Source of the DNA: Squalus acanthias
Taxonomy: Eukaryota
NCBI GenBank assembly: GCA_030390025.1
Contig: CM059432.1
Location: 114,330,001-114,394,000, forward strand
Length of the DNA stretch: 64,000 nt
Direction: 5' to 3'
Part shown: in pieces, positions 49,879 to 60,796 of the stretch
How the letters are laid out: each line of letters begins with the position of its first letter
Numbering within the stretch: the first letter of the stretch is position 1
Notes under the pieces: generated by a model
Told to the model about the DNA's origin: nothing
The model's database searches: none
Seen by the model: only the letters and a program-made list of their open reading frames with translations
Made by a program: the position numbers and the translations under genes

Positions 49879-50582
49879 GGGGGAGAAATTTGGTTGCTTT
49901 GCGCCTCCCGTTAGCGCGCTAAGAGGGCGCTAACGGGGCGCAAAGCAACTAGCACCCGGGCGCGGGGCCGCCAACGCCTCCCGCAAAATTCAGCGGGGGG
50001 TTAGCGGCAGCGGTAACCATTAGCGCCCCGCGGCGCTGCGCCGCCGGCGATGACGTCATCGCTGTGCGCAGCGCCCCGCTCGCGCCCTGGCCGCGATCTT
50101 CGGTAGCGCTCCCTGACTTACCGCCGGACGCTATGTCCGACGGGGTCAGGGGGGCCTACCTGCAGCCGAGGCGGCACTAATTAAAGGCGAGGTGCCAGGC
50201 GGCCATTTTTGTTGCTGGCCGCCTGCCAGCACCTGCCTCCGTTGCTGTCCCTGGCCTCCTGAGCACCCCGCCCCCCACGGAGTGCCGGCTGCACTCCATG
50301 AGCCCGGCACTTCTCTTGAGTGCCGGGCTCTTTTGCCGGCACTCTGATCCCGGTGGCCCAGCTGGGCCCCGGGTCGCGCTGCGCAAGGCCCCTCCCCTTT
50401 AAGAAGAGGAGGAAGGCCTGCAGTACCGCGGTGCGCCACAGCGCATGGCACTGCGGCACGTAGCGCCGCGATATTCCCTCGCCGCGTCCCAAGACGCCGC
50501 GTTACCGATGAATTTCGGCCGCGGGGGCGCTAACCCCAGCGAAGATAGTGCCCCAAAGGGGGCGCGACTCAATTTTTCCCCC
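49879..50582. mobile_element. CpG-rich Harbinger-like non-autonomous element, GGGGGAGAAATT family
   Basis: TIR GGGGGAGAAATT / AATTTTTCCCCC. TTG TSD at 49876-49878 and 50583-50585. Left ~250 bp homologous to 13028-13290. Confidence 0.88.
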
Positions 50583-50639
50583 TTGATATATTACAATTAG
50601 TTGTATGTAAAGTTAAGAAGTGAAGGAGCAAGAAAATTA

Positions 50640-50985
50640 TTACAGAGAATTTACAGCACAGAAACAGGCCATTCAGCCCAACTGGTCCATGGCGGTGCTT
50701 ATACTCCACACAAGCCTCCTCCCACCCTGCTTCCTCTAACCCTATCAGCATAACTTTCTATTCCTTTTTCCCTCATGTACTTAACTATCTTCTCCTTAAA
50801 TGCATCTATGCCAGTCACCTCAACCACTCCACGTGGTAATGAGTTCCACATTCTAACTACTCTCTGGGTAAAAATGTTTCTCCTGAATTCCTTACTGGAT
50901 TTATTAGTGACTATCTTATATTTATGGCTCCTAGTTTTGCTCGCCACCACACACCATTCCCCCCACCCCGACAAGTAGAAACAAC
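50640..50985 (-). mobile_element. CR1 3' fragment
   Basis: TRSHKYKI..FRRNIFTQRVVRMWNSLP and the CR1 tail motif. Confidence 0.85.
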
Positions 50986-53099
50986 AGTTAAATTGAATTT
51001 AAAGCTCAAGAAACTAAAGCAGTACTGCAAGCAAAGGTACGTGAGCTGGGATATCAGTACAGTGGAGGGACCAACTAGTTAGTTCAAGTTTGAAATCCAT
51101 TTCTACTTTTAATACTACAGTAAAACTCCTTCTACCTGAAATTTGGCTGGCTATGCCAGTTGATTCCTATATTCATTAGATACCCATTTACATTGTCTAT
51201 CAAAGTATTAGTCATAGAAATCTGCATTCCAGACCAATTTTATATCCTGCAGTAATTATTTTCTATTTTAATATGGAATCACAGTCAAATCCTTTCAATT
51301 TTTTCTTCTTTTTACTTTTCTCCCCATGGAAAGACAGAAAAAAAGACAACAAATGATCAGCAAATCCGTGGTATGCCAAAGACAGGCATCTATGATGTAT
51401 GCGTCAAAGGTCACCATCCCAGCCACTGAGCCATCTGTCACGGAACACGAAGACAATTGCTTCCAGTACCCCCCAAATCATCAATCAATCTCGCCTTCCA
51501 GTGATCTAATTAGTCCAAAGGAATCTTAGGCAATGCCTCCATTATGCTTACAGTGATATAATTGGTCTGTGGGCAGCACTGGATCACTGGAAGTGACGAT
51601 TTGTTGAATGTCTTTTTTAAAGTAATAATAGCCACTATGCTACTTCACCTCTTCCCAGTCTCGCTCTCACCACAACCTCACCGGCTTAGGGCTGCTGGTG
51701 TCACCCTTGGGAAGCCTTGGTCCACTAGTCCCAAACTTCCTAGTGTTCTGCCAGTTACTCCAGATGCCCTTAACCTCTCGCTCTCCGACCCGAGACTCTT
51801 TATTCTCTCTCATCCCACCGTCCAATACCAGTGGTAATCCTTCCTGGACTCAGCGCCTCTGCTCTGCTCCCCAGTCACAAGCTTCTCAGCTCCACTTCCT
51901 AGGTCACTTTCGACTGCTGAAGAAAGACCTACACACAGAAGGATGTAAATTTCCCCTTAACCGTCTGGTGAAATTGAAACCACATTATGTTCTTACAGGT
52001 GAGGAAAACAGAAGGTCTCGACCTGGGATGGGAAAGTTGTACGCCTGATCTCTGGGTCACTTTCCTAGTCTCAGTACCACACCTCCTGCTTTTGACCAGT
52101 TACAAAACAGAAATACGTCCATACATAAATTAGTCAAGAGTGTGTAAGGCTTAAAGGGTGCGGAATTCTTAAAGTGCATCCAGGAGAGCATTTTGAGCCA
52201 GCATGTAGAAAGTCCTACAAGAGAGGAGGCGGAACTGGACCTAATTCTAGGGAATGTAGTCGGGCAAGTGGTAGAAGTGTCAGTAGGAGAGTATTTTGGT
52301 GACAGTGACCATAATTCGGTGAGATTTAAGGTAGTCATGGAAAAGGACAAAGATGGACCGGAAATAAAGGTTCTAAATTGGGGGAAGTGCAATTTTAATA
52401 TGATAAGGCAGGATATGGCCAAAGTGGATAGGGATAAGCTACTTGTAGGAAAATCCACAGCAGAGCAGTGGGAGTCTTTCAGAAAGGAAATAGAGAGATT
52501 ACAACGCTAACATGTTCCCGTAAAGGTCAAGGGTGGGACCAACAAGTCCAGGGAACCCTGGATGTCAAGGGATATACAAGAATGATTAGGAAAAAAAGGA
52601 AGGCTTTTGGCAGATACAAAGGACTAAAAACAGTGGAAGCCCTAGAGGAGTATAGAAAGTGCAGGGGGGTACTTAAAAAAGAAATTAGGAGAGCGAAGAG
52701 GGGGCATGAAAAAACACTGGCGGGCAAAATAAAGGAAAATCCCAAGGTGTTTTATAAGTATATTAAGGGCAAGAGGATAACCAGGGAAAGAGTAGGGCCC
52801 ATTAGGTACCAAAGTGGAAATCTGTGTGTAGAGCTGGAAGATGTGGGTGAGGTTTTAAATGAATATTTTGCATCTGTGTTCACTATAGAGAAGGACGATG
52901 TAGGCATAGAAATCAGGCAGGGGGATTGTGATATACTTGAACAAATTAGTATTGAGAGGGAGGAGATACTAGCAGTTTTAACAGGCTTAAAAGTAGATAA
53001 ATCCCCAGGCCCAGACGAGATGTATCCCAGGCTGCTGTGTGAGGCAAGGGAGGAGATTGCAGGGGCTCTGACACAAATTTTCAGGAAGGGCCGATCGAT

Positions 53100-53206
53100 A
53101 GCTCCGAAAGCTTGTGATTTCAAATAAAACTGTTGGACTATAACCTGGTGTTGTGCGACCTCTCAATTTTGTCCACCCCAGTCCAACACCGGCATCTCCG
53201 CATCAT
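53100..53206 (+). mobile_element. 5'-truncated single-arm copy of the short Penelope-type element
   Basis: AGCTCCGAAAGCTTGTGATTTCAAATAAAACTGTTGGACTATAACCTGGTG..CCGGCATCTCCGCATCATG, matching the reverse complement of 14242-14350. Confidence 0.85.
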
Positions 53207-54060
53207 GAACAGGGGAGGTGCCAGAGCACTGGAGGACAGCTAACGTAGTACCATTATTCAAAAAGGGTAGTAGGGATAAACCAGGGAATTACAGGCCAGT
53301 GAGCCTAACATCAGTGGTAGGGAAATTATTGGAAAAAATTCTGATGACAGAATTAGTCTCCACTTGGAGAGGCAAGGATTAATCAAGGATAGTCAGCATG
53401 GCTTTGTCAGGGAGAGATCATGCCTAACCAATTTGATTGAATTTTTCGAGGGGGTGACTAGGTGTGTGGATGAGGGTAGTGCAGTTGATGTAGTCTACAT
53501 GGACTTCAGTGAGGTTTTTCACAAAGTCCCGCATGGGAGACTGGTCAAGAAGGTAAGAGCCCATGGGATCCAGGGCAATTTGGCACATTGGATCCAAAAT
53601 TGGCAGGAGGCAGAGGGTGATGGTCGAAGGTTGTTTTTGTGACTGGAAGCCTGTGTCCAGTGGTGTACCGCAGGGATCGGTGCTGGATCCCTTGCTGTTT
53701 GTAGTGTACATTAATGATTTAGATATGAATGTAGGAAGTATGATCAGTAAGTTCGCAGATGACACGAAAATTGGTGGAGTGGTAAATAGCGAGGAGGGAA
53801 GCCTCAGGCTACAGGACGATATAGACGGGTTGGTCAGATGGGCAGAACAGTGGTAAATGGAATTTAACCCTGAAAAGTGTGAGGTGATGCATTTTGCGAG
53901 GACTAACAAGGCAAGGGAATACACAATAAATGGTAGGATCCTAGGGAGGACAGAGGATCAGAGGGACCTTGGTGTGCATGTACACAGATCCCTGAAGGCA
54001 GCAGGACAGGTAGATAAGGTGGTTAAAAAGACATATGGGATACTTGCCTTCATTGGCCGA

Positions 54061-54269
54061 ATGTGAGAAGTCGCACAACACCAGGTTATAGTCCAACAGT
54101 TTTATTTGAAATCACAAGCTTTCGGAGCGCTGCTCCTTCGTCACTTCACCTGACGAAAGAGCAGCGCTCCGAAAACTTGTGATTTCAAATAAAACTGTTG
54201 GACTATAACCTGGTGTTGTGCGACTTCTCACATTTGTCCACCCCAGTCCAACACCGGCATCTCCACATC
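54061..54269 (+). mobile_element. Short Penelope-type fold-back retroelement with minimal hammerhead motif
   Basis: 84-bp stem 54060-54143 / 54151-54234 with 2 mismatches and loop CTTCACC. Imperfect TSD TTCATTGGCCGA / TTTATTAGCCGA. Confidence 0.82.
54146..54182 (+). ncRNA. Minimal type I hammerhead ribozyme motif (degenerate copy)
   Basis: TCAC-CTGACGA-A-(G>A)GAGC agc GCTCC-GAAA(G>A)CTT-GTGA. The opposite arm preserves the consensus GGAGC and GAAAGCTT. Confidence 0.6.
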
Positions 54270-54662
54270 TTTATTAGCCGAGGCATAGAATATAAGAGCA
54301 GGGAGGTTATGATGGAATAACAACAGAAAACGCTGGAAAAACTCAGCAGGCCAGGCAGCATCCGTGGAGAGAGAAAGAGAGTTGACGTTTCAGGTCGATG
54401 ACCTTTCATCAGAACTGGGAAGAGCTGGAAATCAAATAGATTTAAGGCCAGGGTAAAGCTGGGAAAAGGGGGAGGGGATAAAGGAACAAAGGAGGAGATG
54501 AAGAGACATTAAGAGACATTAAGAGATATGCAAGGCTAGAGGTGGTGTTAATGTGACAAATTAAGGCTGAATGAAGTGTGAAATCTACTGGCAGAATGAA
54601 GGACAGCTGCCAGCTTCTAGGAGGAAAAAAAAGGTGGGGGGGACAAATAAAAGGGTGGATGT

Positions 54663-54866
54663 TCAGTCCGTAAGGGGGACCCCGAGCTCCCGGTGGCCTG
54701 TCACTTTAATTCACCGCTTCACTCCCACTCTGACCTCACCGTCCTCGGCCTAATACACTGTTCCACGGAAGCTCAGCGTAAGCTCGAGGAACAGCACCTC
54801 ATCTTTCGTTTAGGCACGCTACAGCCCTCTGGACTCAATATCGAGTTCAACAATTTTAGATCATAA
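54663..54866 (+). pseudogene. C-terminal fragment of Penelope GIY-YIG endonuclease (not in the ORF track; no start codon)
   Basis: Manual translation SVRKGDPELPVACHFNSPLHSHSDLTVLGLIHCSTEAQRKLEEQHLIFRLGTLQPSGLNIEFNNFRS*. PVA.HFN, R...E and LGTL.P.GLN are typical of Penelope GIY-YIG. Confidence 0.88.
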
Positions 54867-55142
54867 CCTCAGCTCCAATCACATTTATATTTTATTTTAT
54901 CCACCCTTTTATTTGTCCCCCCCACCTTTTTTTTCCTCCTAGAAGCTGGCAGCTGTCCTTCATTCTGCCAGTAGATTTCACACTTCATTCAGCCTTAATT
55001 TGTCACATTAACACCACCTCTAGCCTTGCATATCTCTTAATGTCTCTTAATGTCTCTTCATCTCCTCCTTTGTTCCTTTATCCCCTCCCCCTTTTCCCAG
55101 CTTTACCCTGGCCTTAAATCTATTTGATTTCCAGCTCTTCCC

Positions 55143-55179
55143 AGTTCTGATGAAAGGTCATCGACCTGAAACGTCAACT
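55143..55179 (+). ncRNA. Minimal type I hammerhead ribozyme (mirror copy on the minus strand at 54380-54416)
   Basis: AGTT-CTGATGA-A-AGGTC atc GACCT-GAA-ACGT-C-AACT: intact CUGAUGA and GAAA boxes, 5-bp stem II, palindromic ACGU stem III, GUC cleavage triplet, 4-bp stem I. Confidence 0.8.
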
Positions 55180-55900
55180 CTCTTTCTCTCTCCACGGATG
55201 CTGCCTGGCCTGCTGAGTTTTTCCAGCGTTTTCTGTTGTTATTTCGGATTTCCAGCATCTGCAGTATTTTGCTATCGTACGAGGTTATGATGGAGCTGTA
55301 CAAAACGCTAGTTAGGCCACAGCTGGAATACTGTGTGCAGTTCTGGTCGCCACACTATAGGAAGGATGTGATTGCATTGGAGAGGGTGCAGAGGAGATTC
55401 ACCAGGATGTTACCTGGGCTTCAGCTATGAAGAGAGACTGGACAGGCTGGGGTTGTTTTCCTTAGAGCAGAGAAGGCTGAGGGGGGACCTGATTGAGGTG
55501 TACAAAATTATGAGGGGCATAGATAGGGTAGATAGAAAGGAACTTTTCCCTTAGTAGAGGGGTCAATAACCAGGGGGCATAGTTTCAAGGTAACGGGCAG
55601 GAGGTTTAGAGGGGATTTGAGGAAAAACTTTTTCACCCAGAGGGTGGTTGGAATCTGGAACTCACTGCCTGAAAGGGTGGTAGAGGCAGGAACCCTCACA
55701 ACATTCAAGAAGCATTTAGATGAGCACTTGAAACGCCATAGCATACAAGGCTACGGACCAAGTGCTGGATAATGGGATTAGAATAGATAGGGCTTGATGG
55801 CCGGCGCGGACACGATGGGCCGAAGTGCCTCTTTCTGTGCTGTATAAATCTATGACTCTATCTAATCTCTTAGTTGCATAATTCAAAAATTTACCTGAAT

Positions 55901-56398
55901 CACATAAGAACATAAGAAATAGGAGCAGGAGTAGGCCATATGGCCCTTCGAGCCTGCTCTGCCATTCAATAAGATCATGGCTGATCTTCTACCTCAATCC
56001 ACTTTCCTGCACTATCCCCATATCCCTTGATGCCCTTAATATTCAAAAATCTATCGATCTCTGTCTTGAATATACTCAATGACTGAGCCTCCACAGCCCT
56101 CTGGGGTAGAGAATTCCAAAGATTCATCACCCTCCGAGTGAAGAAATTTCTCCTCATCTCAGTCGTAAATGGCTGCCCTCTTATTCTGAGATGGTGACCC
56201 CTGGTTCTAGACTCCCCAGCCAGGGGAAACATCCTCCCTGCATCTACCCTGTGAAGCCCTGTAAGAATTTTGTATGTTTCAATGAGATCACCTCTCATTC
56301 TTCTAAACTCCAGAGAATATAGGCCTAGTCTACTCAATATCTACTGATAGGAAAATCCTCCCATTCCAGGAACCAGTCTGGTGAACCTTCGTTGCACT
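55901..56398 (-). mobile_element. CR1 3' end; probably the same element as 60797-61482 and 62880-63120
   Basis: SRLGLYSLEFRRMRGDLIE..WNSLPQ with (CATAAGAA)n tail. Same subfamily as 6215-9215. Confidence 0.9.
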
Positions 56399-58593
56399 CA
56401 GGTCAGGTGAGGGGAAATTTAGAAATCTAAAGAGAAATGTCAAGGCAACAGAGCAGTGTAGCGATTTGGGTAAAAATAAGCAGAGTGTGACAGGAAGAGG
56501 CAGAGAATTTAATGGTAGCAGTGCAGCAGAGAATAAGGTCAAAACAGGGAATAATTGTAAATAATATTAAATTAAATGCTCTTTATCTGAATGCACGAAG
56601 CATTCGTAACAAGATAGACGAACTAGTGGCACAAATAGAGATAAATGGGTTTGATCTAATAGCCATTACAGAGACATGGTTGCAAGGTGGCCAAGGTTGG
56701 GAACTAAATGTTCCAGGGTACTTGATGTTTCGAAAAGACAGGCAGAACGGAAAAGGAGGGGGAGTAGCCCTGATAATGAAGGATGACATAAGGACAGTAG
56801 TGAGAAAGGATCTCGGCTCGGAAGATCAGGAAGTAGAATCAGTATGGGTAGAGATAAGGAATAACAAGGGGCAGAAATCACTGGTAGGAGTAGTATATAG
56901 GCCCCCTAACAGTAGCTATACCGGTGGGCAAAATATTAATCAAGAAATAGTAGGAGCTTGCAACAAAGGTAATGCAATAATCTTGAGGGACTTTAATCTT
57001 CATATAGACTGAACAAATCAAACTGGCAAAGGTAGTCTGGAGGACGAGTTCATGGAATGCATTCGGGACAGTTTCCTAGAACAATATGTCATGGAACCAA
57101 CCAGGGAACAGGCTATTTTAGATCTTGTATTGTGTAATGAGACAGGGTTAATTAGCAATCTCATAGTAAAGGATCCTCTGGGGCAGAGTGATCATAATAT
57201 GATAGAATTTCACGTTAATTTTGAGAGGGAGTTGCCTAAGTCCGAAACTAGAGTCTTAAACTTAAATAAAACCAATTACATAGGTATGAGGGGCAAGTTG
57301 GCTAAGGTAGATTGGAAAAATAGATTAAAAAGTATGGCGGTAGATAAGTAGTGGCTAGCATTTAAAGAAATATTTCATAATTCTCAACAAAGATACATTC
57401 CATTTAGAAACAAAAACTCCACGGGAAAAGTGATCCAAACGTGGCTAACTAAATAAGTTAAGGATAGCATTAGATTGAAAGAAGAAGCTTATAATGTTGC
57501 AAAGAATAATAGAAAGCCTGAGGATTGGGAGAGTTTCAGAAACCAGCAAAGGTTGGCCAAAAATTTGATTAAAAGGGAAAAAATAGAATGAGAGAAAACT
57601 AGCAAGAAATATAAAATCAGATTGTAAGAGTTTCTACAAGTATGTAAAAAGGAAAAGAGTAGCAAAAGTAAACGTTGGTCCCTTAGAGGCTGAGACAGGA
57701 GAAATTATTATGGGGAATAAGGAAATGGCAGAAACGTTAAACAAATATTTTGTATCTGTCTTCACAGTAGAAGACACAAAAAGCATACCAAAAATGGTGG
57801 GGAACCAACGGTCTAATGAGGGTGAGGAACTTAACGTAATTAATATAAGTAGAGAAAAAGTACTAGAGAAACTAATGGGACTAAAAGCCGACAAATCCCC
57901 TGGACCTGACGGCCTACATCCTAGGGTTCTAAAAGAGGTGGCTGAAGAGATAGTGGATCCATTGGTTTTGATCTTCCAAAGTTCCCTAGATTCTGGAATG
58001 GTCCCAGCGGATTGGAAGGTCGCAAATGTAACACCGCTATTCAATAAAGGAGGGAGAGAAAACACAGGGAACTACAGGCCAGTTAGCCTGACATCAGTTG
58101 TTGGGAAAATGTTGGAATCCATTGTTAAGGAAGTGGTATCAAGTCACTTAGAAAATCATAACATGATTAGGCAGAGTCAAAATGGTTTTATGAAAGGGAA
58201 ATAGTGTTTCACAAATTTATTAGAGTTTTTTGAGGATGTAACTAGCAGGGTAGATAAAGGGGAACCAGTGGATGTAGTATATTTGTATTTCCAAAAGGCA
58301 TTTGATAAGGTGCCACATAAAAGATTATTACACAAGATTAGGGCTCGTTGGGTTGGGGGTAATATAGTAGCATGGATAGAGGATTAGTTAATGGACAGAA
58401 AACAGAGAGTAGGGATAAACGGATCTTTTTCAGGGTGGCAGGCTGTAACTAGTGGGGTGCCACAAGGATCAGTGTTGGGGCCTCAGCTATTTACAATCTA
58501 TATTAATGACATAGATGAAGGGACTGAGTGTAATGTATCCAAGTTTGCTGATGATACAATGCGAGGTGGGACAGTAAGGTGTGAGGAGAACAC

Positions 58594-58885
58594 CTTACTG
58601 TCCAAAAATGTGCGGGTTAGGTTGATTTGGCTATGATAAATTGACCCTTAGTGTTAGGGGGGGATTAAATATGTGGGGTTATGGGGATAGGATGGGATAT
58701 GTTAGGGGGAATTAAATACGTGGGGTTACGGGGGTCGGGTGGGATATGTGTACTGTGGGGATTAAAGCAGGGACAGGGTACTGGATTTGAATGATCAGCC
58801 ATGATCGTATTGAATGGTGTTGCAGGCTCGACGGGCCGAATGGCCTACTCCTGCTCCTAGATTCTATGTTTCTATGTTTCTATGT
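58594..58885 (+). mobile_element. 5'-truncated HE1/V-type SINE with CR1-derived 3' tail
   Basis: TCCAAAAATGTGCGGGTTAGGTTGATTTGGCTATGATAAATTGACCCTTAGTG (V-domain-like), a duplicated ATTAAATA(T/C)GTGGGGTTA unit, CR1 tail GGGCCGAATGGCCTACTCCTGCTCCT and (TTCTATGT)n. AACAC TSD. Confidence 0.75.
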
Positions 58886-58893
58886 AACACAAA

Positions 58894-59710
58894 GGGCTGG
58901 ATTTTACCAGCCCTGAGGAGGCGGGTTTGGAGGCGGGACTGCTGGGAAAATCAAAAAGAATGGGAGCGGGTCCCGAATCTGCTCCCAACCCGCCTCCAAA
59001 AAAATCCTCCCGGGAGTCGGGTCCCCGATTTGCACAGGGACCCGACTCCTAGCGGCGGGAAGAGGATTATAGCCACTTAACTGCCTGTTAACAGGTAGTT
59101 AACAGGCAGTTAAGAGGCTTTTTCCCATTTTGAGGCTCCTGCTGCAGGCTTCCCGACGTCGGGGAACCCTGCCAGGGTAAGTGAGGCGTGCTGTGGGTCC
59201 GTTGTAATGTTTGTGTATAGATGACAGCTGCAGAAGTGGTGTGAAGGATGCAATGTGACACTGGTAAGCAGCAGAGGTAAGGAAATGTTGGGAAAGTCAT
59301 TTTTAATGTGTTTAGATTTTTGTGTAGGTGACAAGCTTTGAAGTGTTTGTGTGGCCTCACCTCATTGGGAGAAGTGACAGACTGCTTCTGTACCCTCACC
59401 TGCAGCTGCCATCTGTTTTATCCTAAGGAGAGAGTCATTGGAGAGTCTGGGTGCAAGGGCTCACTTTTGTACAGTGATTGTCAGTGTTTGACAGCACCTC
59501 AATGCTGTCAAACACTGACAAATCATCTGTCAAGAAGAAATGGTACATGTCCCTTTAAGAAAACCGGCAGATGAAGCGTCATTGACATCATCTGACACCG
59601 GCTTTCCCTTAATTGGCCAGGAAGCCTGCAGGACGTCGCTGGCGGCTGGACTAGAACCCGGAAGGCAGCAGTCCCGCCCCCAACTCGTCTCGGTAAGTAA
59701 AATCCAGCCC
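58894..59710. mobile_element. Harbinger MITE H (~817 bp), related to D and G
   Basis: TIR GGGCTGGATTTTAC / GTAAAATCCAGCCC with AAA TSD. Confidence 0.92.
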
Positions 59711-60537
59711 AAAGAGTCTGCAAAAGGATATAGATAGACTAAGTGAGCGGGCAGTAAGGTTGCAGATGGAGTATAATGTAGGGAAATGTGAGGTTATTCA
59801 CTTTGGTAGGAAGAATAGAAAAACAAAATATTTTTTTAATGTTGAGAAACTTTCAAATGTTGGTTCAGAGAGATTTGGGTGTCCTCGTGCAAGAACCACA
59901 GAAAGCTAGCATACAGGTACAGCAGGCAATAAGGAAGGCAAATGGCATGTTGGCCTTTATTGCAAGGGGGTTGGAGTATAAGAGTAATGAAGTCCTGCTA
60001 CAATTGTACAGGGCATTGGTGAGACCACACCTTGAGTACTGTGCACAGTTTTAGTCTCCTTATCTAAGGAAGGATATACTTGCCTTGGAGGCGGTGCAAC
60101 GAAGGTTCACTCAATTCATTCCTGGGATGAGAGGGCTGTCCTATGATGAGAGATTGTGTAGAATGGGCCTATACTCTCTGGAGTTTAGAAGAATAAAGGT
60201 GATCTCATTGAAACATACAAGATTCTGAAGGGGATTGACAGGGTAGATGCTGGAGTGTCTAGAACAAGGGGGCATAGTCTCAGGTTAAGGGGGAAGCCAT
60301 TTAAGACTGAGATGAGGAGGAATTTCTTCACTCAGAGGGTTGTGAATCTTTGGAATTCCCAGAGGGCTGTGAATGCTGAGTCTTTAAGTATATTCAAGGC
60401 TGAGAGAGATAGATTTTTGGACTCTAGGGGAATCAAGGGATATGGAGATCGAGCGGGAAAGTAGAGTTGAGGTCGATGATCAGCCATGATCTTATTGAAT
60501 GGCGGAGCAGGCTCGAGGGGCCGTATGGCCTACTCCT

Positions 60538-60796
60538 GCTGTCAAACACTGACAATTCAACTGTCAAAAAATTATGGGACCTGTCCCCTTAAGAAAACCA
60601 GCAGATGAAGCGTCATGCACTGACGTCCTCTGACACCGGCTTTCCCTTAATTGGCCAGCAAGCCCGCAGGGCGGGCTTAACAAGGCCATTCATAGGAAAA
60701 TAGTGTCTATTCATGAGTCGTCGCTGGGGGCGGGACTAGAACCCAGAAACCAGCTGTCCCGCTCCCAAAGCGCCTCCTCAGGTAAGATCGCGGCCC
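60538..60796. mobile_element. Right-end fragment of an H-like Harbinger MITE
   Basis: GCTGTCAAACACTGACAA..AAGAAAACCAGCAGATGAAGCGTCA..TTCCCTTAATTGGCCAG matches 59504-59710. Degenerate TIR AAGATCGCGGCCC. Confidence 0.75.

Larger units (their letters stand above)
54317..55280 (+). mobile_element. Penelope-like element 3' end (GIY-YIG C-terminus plus pLTR) with an inverted pLTR copy
   Basis: 345-bp inverted repeat 54316-54660 / 54899-55243. 14-bp TSD GAGGTTATGATGGA at 54303-54316 and 55281-55294. Confidence 0.92.
52135..55865 (+). mobile_element. CR1 LINE (end of endonuclease to 3' tail) carrying three Penelope-type insertions
   Basis: LDLILGN..GDSDHN, KSPGPDEMYPR, QHGFV..SCLTNL, GVPQGSVL, KFADDTK and RPQLEYCVQFW motifs. 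CTATGACTCTAT tail. Confidence 0.95.
56400..60537 (+). mobile_element. CR1 LINE, nearly complete ORF2, interrupted by a SINE and MITE H
   Basis: LYLNARSIRNK..ITETWL..VVYRPP..DFN, SDHN, PGPDG, GVPQGS, KFADDT and RPHLEYC motifs, with several stops. Confidence 0.95.
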
